The notes below the pieces were generated by a model. The model saw only the letters and a list, made by a program, of their open reading frames with translations. It was not told where the DNA came from and searched no databases. Positions 30,401 through 42,400 of a DNA stretch of 64,000 nucleotides are shown one piece after another (within the stretch, counting starts at the first letter, position 1; every line of letters begins with the position of its first letter). The DNA comes from Bispira polyomma (Eukaryota): positions 62,930,001-62,994,000 of the forward strand of contig OZ287753.1 of assembly GCA_965649765.1 (NCBI GenBank), given 5' to 3'. Both the position numbers and the translations under genes were made by a program.

Positions 30401-33400
30401 GCCGATTTTATAAGTCCTTATTTAATATTACCAAGCGCTTCCTTTCAGCATATTTGCATCAGATCCGACGTCGGCCAACATCTGTTGGGCCATCAGATTT
30501 TATCTGTCAGGGAGGGAAAAAATTGGGAGGACTGACCGATTTTGAAACAAAAATGGCTGCAAAAAAGCTATCATAGGTAGAGTTTTCATCCCATACATAC
30601 TCAATATTTGTTAGATGCTGGCATTGGAAATAGCAGGAGAAAGCTTATTTTATTGTGATTACAGTGCTTTTTTCCCCACCAAAATCCGTTAAAAACGGCT
30701 GAGATATTTAAGTTTACAGATGGGTACCCCATTTAACTTCCTCTTCTACTGTGAGTAATACGTCACAGCAACTTCATAATGACGTCAGTTTTGTAGCTAC
30801 GTCACAACTTACACATAGGAAGTAAATATGGGTACCCATCTATAAGCTTATATATCTGAGCTGTTTCTCAACTGATTTTGATGCAAAACAAAGCACAGTA
30901 ATCACAATAAAATAGGCTTTCTCCTGCCATTTTCTAAAGTCACCATCCCACGAATTTTGAGTGTATATCGAAAGAAAGGAAGCACAACCTCGGCCGACAT
31001 CGGATCGGATCGGACACCTTCAAATCGGCCGACGACGGAATGTGCTGAAAGGAAGCATAGGCTTAGCTAGTTGTACTAGGAGATATCGATGTAAGTTTTG
31101 ATTTTATCATTTACTGTAAGCTAATCATACTGGGTGATTTCAATGTAAGTTTTGAATATGGGAACATATTGCGCCCTGAGTGGCTGCACTGGGAAAATTA
31201 TCACTTAATCAGCTGATTTTTACTGGAAATATTAGTCATTATCCTATGATTTTACAATATGGTGTTCATAAAGGATCCAGGAGTAAAGTAAATACAATTT
31301 GGAGAAGACAAAAAAAGGATATTTCAGATAAATAGTGGATAAATATTTCTGTGTAAACCCAGTTTATAAGCAGTGGTAAGCATATGAGATTGATGTGTAC
31401 TTGTGTGATAAATACAATAGCCAGTAGCAGACTCTGTACTAGTCATTTTTAATGTATGTACGGTACAACCAATCTGATTTGCTAGAGATTAGACAAAAAG
31501 TACAATCAAGTACAACATTAAAGTCATTATCACTGGATAAGGTAAAAGTCATAAGAAAAAATAGGCTGAACAAAAGAGGAAAAAGGGCAGGAAAAAACCG
31601 CAATAAACAGAAATACCTGGATACAAATAGAACTACTGTATCAGAATGTGAAATATGTATAGATAATGAGCCAGGACAAAATAGCAGTGAAAACATCAGT
31701 ATACTGCTCATAAATTCCCAGTCTATTAAAAACAAGGATATTATACTCGCAGAATACATCAATGATTTAAACATAGACCTGTGTGTTGTGACTGAAACCT
31801 GGCTAGCTAAAAACACTGATGAGGTGGATGCTTGGATAAGTACCTGTGAACTGACAAAACGTGGATACTGCCTTGATGCTGTTAGCAGAGAATCAAGAGG
31901 TGAGGGTCTGGCACTTAATTATAAGAAAGAGTATAGAGTTAAGAAACTTAATGAGTGTGAACTACAGTCATTTCAGTTTACCAAATGGAGGGTTTCTCTT
32001 CCACAAAAGGTAGTCACACTAAATGCAATATATCATCCTCCATACTCAAAGAAACATCCAATAACAAATGCTACCTTTCTAAATGAATTCAGTGATAAAC
32101 TCTCTGACCTAGCAATAGAAGACAATACAAACTCAATTGTTCTTGGTGACCTCAACATTCATTTAAATGACAAGCAAAGCTATGACACTGAAACACTGAA
32201 TGAAATAATTAACTCACTGGGATATAAACAACATGTTAGTTTTTATACTCATGTTGCTGGACACATATTAGATGCAGTAATTAGCAAATTTGACAGTGAC
32301 TTAATATTCAAATGTGTTCCAGGAAAATTTGTGTCAGATCATCGTGCTGTAATTTGTTATTTAAGATGTCACAAAAATAGCCCAAAAAGTCAAGTAAAAT
32401 CAGTGAGAAAATGGAATAGAAAACTTGACCAGTTATACATTGATTTAAGTAAAATTGAACTGCCTACTGATGAGTCAACGACTATTGATAATGTAGTTGA
32501 ATTTTTTGAAGATAATTTGAAGTTATGCTTGGACAAACATGCCCCCTTGGTAGAAAAAAAAATTATACCTAGAAGAAAATTTCCATGGTATAATGAAGAA
32601 ATCAAATCACAAAAACAGAAAGTGAGAAGAAGAGAAAGAATATGGAGAAGATATCGAACACCAGACACTCTGAAAGCTTTAAAAATAGAAAGAAACAAGT
32701 ACAAGTATATGTTAAAAAATTCCAAAATTTCAATCTTAAGTGAAAAGATTGAAGAATGTGGTAAAGACTCAAAAAAACTTTATAAACTGATCACCGAACT
32801 CACTGGAGGCCCCAAAGAAAATCCTTTTCCTGACAACATTGATGATGATAGTCTAGCCAATAAATTTGCTGATTTCTTCCTGAACAAAATTAAGAAAATT
32901 AGAACAGATTTAGAAAGTTGTCCCAAATTTGAGCCACAACAAAGGGATTGTACAATACTACATAACTTTGTTCCCCTAAGTGAAGATGAAGTACATAGCA
33001 TAATCTGTGGCATGGCTAGCCAAACTTGTGAATTAGATGCTCTTCCAACCAAAGTGTTAAAAAAAGTTATTGGAGCCATTATTAAACACATCACTCTCAT
33101 AATCAATAAGTCATTGCAAACCGGTACCTTTCCATGTACATGGAAGAACGCAGTTATCAGACCACTTCTCAAGAAAAAAGGACTAGACTTAGAATTGTGT
33201 AACTACAGACCAGTTAGTAATTTGTCATTTTTATCCAAGGTTTTAGAAAAGGCAGTTCTGGAACAATTCAATGACCATGTTGAAACTCAAAGTCTCTTTC
33301 CTGACTATCAGTCTGCTTACAGACAGGGTTTTTCCTGTGAGACTGCACTGGTAAAATTAACAAATGACATTTTGTGGGCCATGGAACATCAAAAAGTAAC

Positions 33401-36400
33401 TGCAATGATGGCGATTGACTTATCAGCTGCATTCGACACAGTTGATCATGAAATCCTACTTAAAGTTTTAAACAAACAATATGGTATATCTGGAAGTGCT
33501 CTGAAATGGTTCCATAACTATCTAAACCCAAGATCATGCTGTGTGAACATAGGTAAAAGCTATTCTAATAAAACGCCACTAGATTTCTCAGTACCACATG
33601 GCAGTTGTGCGGGTCCAACTCTCTACTCTAGCTATGCAAGTACCCTGAAATACGTAGTTCCAGCTGATATGTCACTGCACGGATATGCAGACGACCATGC
33701 AATCAAATTGTCATTCTCAGCCAACAACATCTCAGCTGAAGCCACCACTCTTAGATCATTAGAAAATTGTGCTGAGGATATAAAATTGTGGATGGATTCC
33801 AACCGTCTTAAAATGAACAGCTCTAAAACTGAATTCATCCTGTTTGGCCATCCAAAGCAACTCAGAAAATGTTTCTTACATAGTTTAAAAGTGAATGGTG
33901 AAGATGTTAATTCAAGTGCTGACATTAAGTATCTAGGAGTCTATTTGGATAACCACCTCAACTTCAAACAACACATTACCCATAAATGCAAAGTAGCTAT
34001 GCTAAACATTCACCGAATTAGAAACATCAGATCCACCCTTACAATGGAAGCAACACACACACTAGTTCTAGGCTTAGTAATGTCACATCTCGATTTTTGC
34101 AATAGTGTACTGTTTGGTTTACCACAAAATTCAATCAAGAAATTGTAAAGAGTTCAAAATATAGCTGCCAAATTAGTACTTAACAGGACAAAATATGAAA
34201 GCTCGACTGAATCCAGAAAGCTACTTCACTGGCTACCAATTGCTGCCAGGATTAAATTCAAAATTATGGTGCTTGTGTACAATTGCCTGCAAGGAAATGC
34301 TCCAGAATATTTGCAAAACCTGCTGACTCAAAAACCAGTGTTTAGAGAAGGACTCAGATCCTCGACTTTCTCAAACAATCTTCTTGTACTTAAAACAAGC
34401 CGACACACTTTTGCATCAAGATCATTCAGTGTGAGCGGCCCATCATTGTGGAATGAGTTATCCTGCAACATCAAGGACTGTAACAATCTAAAACTGTTTA
34501 GGAAAAAAATTAAGAAATATCTCTTTGACAAGTATTACAAGTAGACTTTCATGAAAATGCGCATTTGAAACAGAATTGTAAAAATGCGCAATATCAAATG
34601 CAATATGTTATGTTATGTTATGTTAATATGTCATTTACTGTAAGCTAATCATACTGGGTGATTTCAATGTAAGTTTGATTATATCATTTACTGTAAGTTA
34701 ATCATGCTTGATGATTTCAATGTAGGTTTGATTATATCATTTACTGTAAGCTAGTTGTACTAGGTGATTTTAGTGTAAGTTTTTATAATGTCATTTACTG
34801 TAAGCTAATCATACTGGGTGATTTCAATGTAAGTTTTGATTATATCATTTACTGCAAGCTAATCATACTGGGTGATTTCAGTGTATCTTTGGTTAAATAC
34901 TGCTGACCTCTATGTTAAACCATTAAAGATATATTTGCAGAAAATATTGTTGTTGCCTGTCTGTGATTCTTAACATTAGAGAATAATTGAAACCACATTC
35001 TTCTAAGCTTAATGCAATTAGAGTTATGTTGTAAGTATACATTATAGGATGGTGCTGTTTCAATATTCAATGATTGGGAACGGCAAAATTACAAAATACT
35101 GCATAAGTGGAAATTTTTACTGGAAATTAATTTTAGCTATGAGTTCATGAGTTGGGATAAAAAGAAAATTACTTGCCAGAGAAAGTTTAAATTTGTAATA
35201 TTGATCTATTGACTAAAAATAACATTTAATGATTCAACTCCAGTAAACTTCTTCAAAATTGTAAATTGGTGATATTTTCTTGCAGATAAAGTGTCCAATA
35301 TTACATTACCTACAAATACAAAGGAAAGGCAGTAGAAATAGAAGTGTTTGAATATTTGTTAACATTAAAACTACCTCTCCAACAACCATGTAACAACTTG
35401 TCATGTTAGTATTTATATAACACACTTTCAGTTTGACATCCAAGTCACAGACCTAGGGATTCCAGCAATGACAGCTAACAGTCCTGCTAGGATGACCGTG
35501 CGTGTGGTGAGGAACAGGAACCAGCCTAGCTTTAGTAACATGCCCACTGAGATGTCACTGAGCCAGATTAAACCAGCACGAGACACAGTGTTTATTGTAG
35601 AGGCCAGAGACACTGACCAGCATGAACCATTTAATACTCTCACGTAAGTACTAAAGTGTGTAATGTAGAGACCACAGACCAGACTGAACCATTTAATACT
35701 CTCACGTAAGTACTGAAGTGTGTAATGTAGAGACCACAGACCAGACTGAACCATTTAATACTCTCACGTAAGTACTGAAGTGTGTAATGTAGAGACCACA
35801 GACCAGACTGAACCATTTAATACTCTCACGTAAGTACTGAAGTGTGTAATGTAGAGACCACAGACCAGACTGAACCATTTAATGTAAGTAAGTATTCAAA
35901 TAATTGAAGAATAAATGAAGAATATTCTTAATAAATATATTTTGTTACTTAGTTGAATTTAGATTGTAATCTAACAATATCTTTGTTGATTTTTTAAATG
36001 GCAAACTGAAGTAAAAAACAGAATGCTAATGATACTAGTCTTTCAAATTTGTATAAACTTAAAAAAAATATAGTACATAAATTCATAATCTCAAAACTGC
36101 AAGTAATGCTAATCTCTTGCCTTTCTTGTCTGATGTCAAAAAGCTTGGTTTGAGTACTACCTATCGCCACAATAGATATCCGTGACCTTACCATTGCTTG
36201 ACCAAAGTCCAAACTGATCAATGATGTCTGGTCACCTATGGGGTCTCAGAGTATCTTGCCACTTTCGTCCATCTTACTTCGCCCAAATCTGGGTCACAAA
36301 AATCTTGTGTATTCTAAAATGATATTCTATATAGTATTCTATCACTGTGCCTAATACCCTTGTAAGTAGCTGGCTTGACTACTGCAATTCCCTTCTATTT

Positions 36401-39400
36401 GGGTAAAAAAGTTTTATGATAATATGTTACCATCCATTCAAAACTACAAACTGACTCTGTTTTTGGGACTTCTAGATTGGTTACTTGATTCTGTTGTTGC
36501 ATTTTAGAAGATGCCTCACATTAATAAGGCGCGTGAAAAATGCAAACTACAATACATGACCTCCTTTAAATACAAATCTGACACTTTCCCATGTATATCT
36601 GTCATAGCTGGCTCACTCCAAATATAAATACAGTCAAACCCTTTAAGTAGAACTCTGATAAGTGAAATTACCTGTTAAGTAGAAGTTATTCTAAGATCCC
36701 ATTGCTATATTTCTCATTTAAATTTACCCTGTTTATTAAAAGTTATGTTAAGTGGAACAAACTTTTGTGATCCCTTCAAGTTCGACTTAACAGGGTTTTA
36801 CTGTACATCTCATTTCATGTTTTCCTATGTACTTTTACAGGTATAGTATAGTTGGTGATGACAGGGCTCCTACTTATTTTGAGATTGACAATGAGGGACA
36901 AATCACAGTGAAAAGTGACCTCACGGGTGCTCCAGGCTCTGAAATAGTCTACAAGGTAAAGTTCTCTTTACCATTTAACTGTACAATAATGCTTGGAAAA
37001 ACAGGATTTTATTTCAAAGGAATAAATGGGGAATTTTAGTATAAAATCAACAGACAAATGTTAATATGGAAGAGTGAAAGTGTCTTCATAAAGTCAAAGA
37101 TTTTAAAAATAAAATTTGAATGATCTAAGCTGTACATTATAGCTGTTGCTATATTATGAACCCTCTGTTATATGACAAATTAGGCTGACCAAGTTTGGTA
37201 ATGCAAGGTATGTAATTGTAGTGGTATAGCTATTTACAATACAAGATGATTGTTATCTCTCATCTTTTATAGAATTGTTTACATTTTATAGGAATATAAT
37301 ATAGGAATAACCTATGACAAAGCTCGGTATACGGTACTTTTTACCACGATTGGTGGCGTAGTAACACGAAGGCAAAGCATGACAAATTAAATTATCTTTT
37401 CTGATTCAAGCTACTTTGACTGAAAAATTATCTTATTGAAGGAACTATATCTACTGGGGATCCAGTACACTTTAGGCAAACTTTGTCTGTTTCTGTTTAT
37501 GGGTATATGGTTAATTTTACCGAGGCTGTCGGCTAATCGGAACCGCCGACACTGCCGTGTCATGTTAGAATAAGGGTAAATAAAGGTCATACTACTACAA
37601 GACTTAGTGTAACAAAGGTTACCAGATATACTTTCTGTGGTGTACCAGTATTTGTTCATGACTATATATATTTGCCCTTTCAAGGTTCGAGTTCAGATAG
37701 AAGATGGTGGTGTTCCCCCTAAGAGAGCTACAAGTATTTTGACAGTGAACGTGTTAAGAAACCTCTTTGCACCAGAGTTTGAGGCGGCAGACTACGGGGA
37801 CACTATACTAGAAACACACAAAGTAGGGGATCAAGTGTTCTTTGTGACTGCCACTGACAGGGATGAAAAGGTAGGTAACAGGTTGGTTAGAAACTTGACC
37901 AAATGTGTTTTATTGACCATAAAGTGTACCAACCGATTCCTAACATAGGCTTCAGGTTAGAGCCACGCCAGCTGAGGCACAGTTAAGCCAGAAAAGCTTT
38001 TAGTGACCTTAAACAGATATTTAACTCAGAAGAGCTGTACTTGCGAACACACAAAAGCTTGTACCCAACTTTTCTTCTGGTAATACTAATGTAGAGTAAA
38101 AAATCTAAAATTCGCCAGCCCTAAAATTTAGGAGAAATCAAAAAAAAATAGTGAAAAATAACTGGAATTTAGGTAAGTAAGGCAAAATAGTCACACAAAA
38201 ATCTCAATTTCAGCAAATATTACCAACAATTCTACTAAAACACAACATTTTCTAGGTGTAGAATTTCAGAGACTGTAGATTCCTTACTCTACAAAATGTC
38301 AGCATCACTCATCAAGGTTGGTCACTTGTTAATGAGTAGAAGCTCTCAGTCTAAAAGTATCGTCCTAAAAAGAAGATTGATAGCAAGTGAAGGGAACAAG
38401 CTTCTGGCTGACATCCATAATATGACAAGCCTAAGAAGGCTAAAGTTATACTAGGCTTCTCCTCCTTACATATTTGTACTAAGACACATATATATACACA
38501 GTCCACACCTTCCTCATGAACCCCATTATGTACCACGGGCTGTATTCACATAAGGTCTTAATCTTAACTTATTCTTAAACTTAATATATATGTATTAAAA
38601 TAGGCTGCCTACTCTTAGTGCCAGTGTTCAGAGCAAAGTCAGCACCAACCAAATATCTTTTTTTACTGTCACTGGGACTATAAGTCCAAAATCTTAACTT
38701 TTTTTGCCAAAATCAAAACCCAAAATCTTAACCTTTTCATCCAAAATCAAAGAGCAAAATCTGGACCTTTTCATCCAAAATCAAGGAGCAAAATCTTAAC
38801 CTTTTCAGCCAAAATCAAGGAGCAAAATCTTAACCTTTTCAGCCAAAATCAAGGAGCAAATTCTTAACCTTTTCAGCCAAAATCAAGGAGCAAAATCTTA
38901 ACCTTTTCATCCAAAATCAAGGAGCAAAATCTTAACCTTTTCATCCAAAATCAAGGAGCAAAATCTTAACCTTTTCAGCCAAAATCAAGTAGCAAAATCT
39001 TAACCTTTTCATCCAAAATCAAGGAGCAAAATCTTAACCTTTTCAGCCAAAATCAAGTAGCAAAATCTTAACCTTTTCATCCAAAATCAAGGAGCAAAAT
39101 CTTAACCTTTTCAGCCAAAATCAAGGAGCAAAATCTTAACCTTTTCAGCCAAAATCAAGGAGCAAAATCTTAACCTTTTCAGCCAAAATCAAGGAGCAAA
39201 ATCTTAACCTTTTCATCCAAAATCAAGGAGCAAAATCTTAACCTTTTCAGCCAAAATCAAGTAGCAAAATCTTAACCTTTTCATCCAAAATCAAGGAGCA
39301 AAATCTTAACCTTTTCAGCCAAAATCAAGGAGCAAAATCTTAACCTTTTCAGCCAAAATCAAGTAGCAAAATCTTAACCTTTTCATCCAAAATCAAGGAG

Positions 39401-42400
39401 CAAAATCTTAACCTTTTCAGCCAAAATCAAGGAGCAAAATCTTAACCTTTTCAGCCAAAATCAAGGAGCAAAATCTTAACCTTTTCAGCCAAAATCAAGG
39501 AGCAAAATCTTAACCTTTTCATCCAAAATCAAGGAGTAAAATCTTAACCTTTTCAGCCAAAATCAAGGAGCAAAATCTTAACCTTTTCAGCCAAAATCAA
39601 GGAGCAAAATCTTAACCTTTTCAGCCAAAATCAAGGAGCAAAATCTTAAGCTTAAGACTAATTTAAGACTAAAAGCTTTTTGTGAATACGGGCCCTGGAC
39701 TATTCTTTACCCTTAACTCCATGGATGGTGCACCCTATTAGGACAGCCATTTTGTGCTATACAAATTAGTCTTTTGTACTTGACAAATGACTTGCAATAA
39801 TGTTCAAAGAGCATATTTAACCTATTTTATATGACACCCCCCTAAAAATCTTGGTACACTTAGGTAGTTGTTTATTTATATTTCAGAGCCCACATAATAC
39901 CATCATGTTTGAACTAGATCATGATTATTTTGCTGTGGATTCAACATCTGGTGTGGTGACCTTAAAAAGGTCATTGCTCGGAGATGCAACAAGAACATAC
40001 AGGGTATGATTTTTTTCTGTTACCATTGAATTATGTGCACTATATAACAGTGACAAGATTAGAATTATGGTTTAATGTGTTTCAAAAGCAATAGAAAAAT
40101 ATCCCAAGGCCAAGGTAGTGTTCATGTAGCCAATATCTAATAAGCAGATGTGTTATTTTTGATACTTTACATAAGTTCATAAAACAACCTCTACAAATTG
40201 GCACACCGCCGTATTTGTTTATAATTTCCCCAATCAGTAACATTCTAAGTTACACAAATGAAGTCAAAGCTTTTTTAATTTACCTGTATTAAACTGTTTC
40301 TGTGTACATAAATAATAATGTCTGTGAAGTAAAAAAATGTAATTTAAGTTTTATCAAAGACTCTATGACATGTAATGGGTCAAAAGGCTGTCATCATTAT
40401 GTCATCATAATTCTTTCTTGCAGAGAAACTTTTTTGTGCTTCAATAAAGCTTGTTTTTGTTGTATACTACAACATTCTATTCGGTGTCCTTAATATAAAG
40501 GACAAACACAGGCTTAGCATTGTAGTCAGTAGTTTGTTTTCTATTATTCTCTATTCCAGCTTAATATCTATGCAGTAGATCAAGGTACCCCTTCTCAGAG
40601 AACTTTGAAGGAAGTGGACGTTAATGTGATCAGAAATGACCACCCTCCCCAGTTTGAGTCATTATCAAACTTTAATGACTTGAAGCAGGATGCTGACCCC
40701 AGTACTGAGGTTGTGGCTGTTACAGCCAGGGATATGGATGAAAGGGTAAAGTATCTGGTGTACACATAGTGAGCACTGGATGATAGTGTCATCTGTAAAC
40801 TATTTTAAGTACCATAATAATGCAGGATGACTTGAAGCAGGATGCTGACCCCAGTACTGAGGTTGTGGCTGTTACAGCCAGGGATATGGATGAAAGGGTA
40901 AAGTATCTGGTGTACACATAGTGAGCACTGGATGATAGTGTCATCTGTAAACTATTTTAAGTACCATAATAATGCAGGATGACTTGAAGCAGGATGCTGA
41001 CCCCAGTACTGAGGTTGTGGCTGTTACAGCCAGGGATATGGATGAAAGGGTAAAGTATCTGGTGTACACATAGTGAGCACTGGATGATAGTGTCATCTGT
41101 AAACTATTTTAAGTACCATAATAATGCAGGATGACTTGAAGCAGGATGCTGACCCCAGTACTGAGGTTGTGGCTGTTACAGCCAGGGATATGGATGAAAG
41201 GGTAAAGTATCTGGTGTACACATAGTGAGCACTGGATGATAGTGTCATCTGTAAACTATTTTAAGTACCATAATAATGCAGGATGACTTGAAGCAGGATG
41301 CTGACCCCAGTACTGAGGTTGTGGCTGTTACAGCCAGGGATATGGATGAAAGGGTAAAGTATCTGGTGTACACATAGTGAGCACTGGATGATAGTGTCAT
41401 CTGTAAACTATTTTAAGTACCATAATAATGCAGGATGACTTGAAGCAGGATGCTGACCCCAGTACTGAGGTTGTGGCTGTTACAGCCAGGGATATGGATG
41501 AAAGGGTAAAGTATCTGGTGTACACATAGTGAGCACTGGATGATAGTGTCATCTGTAAACTATTTTAAGTACCATAATAATGCAGGATGACTTGAAGCAG
41601 GATGCTGACCCCAGTACTGAGGTTGTGGCTGTTACAGCCAGGGATATGGATGAAAGGGTAAAGTATCTGGTGTACACATAGTGAGCACTGGATGATAGTG
41701 TCATCTGTAAACTATTTTAAGTACCATAATAATGCAGGATGACTTGAAGCAGGATGCTGACCCCAGTACTGAGGTTGTGGCTGTTACAGCCAGGGATATG
41801 GATGAAAGGGTAAAGTATCTGGTGTACACATAGTGAGCACTGGATGATAGTGTCATCTGTAAACTATTTTAAGTACCATAATAATGCAGGATGACTTGAA
41901 GCAGGATGCTGACCCCAGTACTGAGGTTGTGGCTGTTACAGCCAGGGATATGGATGAAAGGGTAAAGTATCTGGTGTACACATAGTGAGCACTGGATGAT
42001 AGTGTCATCTGTAAACTATTTTAAGTACCATAATAATGCAGGATGACTTGAAGCAGGATGCTGACCCCAGTACTGAGGTTGTGGCTGTCACATCCAGGGA
42101 TGTAGATGAAAGGGTAAAGTATATGGTATACACATAGTGAGCACTGGATGAAAGTGTCACAAAAGTCTGTAAACTACTGGGAACTATGCCAATATAATCC
42201 AATATCACCGACAACAGTCTGCCCTAAACTTTACAGTACAATTGCAATTTACACCAAAAACCACATTCTCAAAAGAGTCCATCCTAGTTTTTCATAATAG
42301 TCTGAACTAAAAGCCCATGGGGTTAATTGACAGAGGGTTTGGAATATTATATGTATTATACCAGGATCTACTAATTGTTCAGTGGATCCTGGTGATATTT

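Noticed and set aside
31439-34531. Minus-strand ORFs opposite the LINE
   Set aside because: Antisense shadows of a coding strand with no recognisable motifs.
34266-34544. Separate 92-aa gene
   Set aside because: In-frame continuation of LINE ORF2 after the nonsense codon.
40675-42175. Regular arrays (also 38688-39648, 52670-53320) resembling CRISPR
   Set aside because: Head-to-tail units with no unique spacers, no cas genes, and a spliceosomal eukaryotic context.
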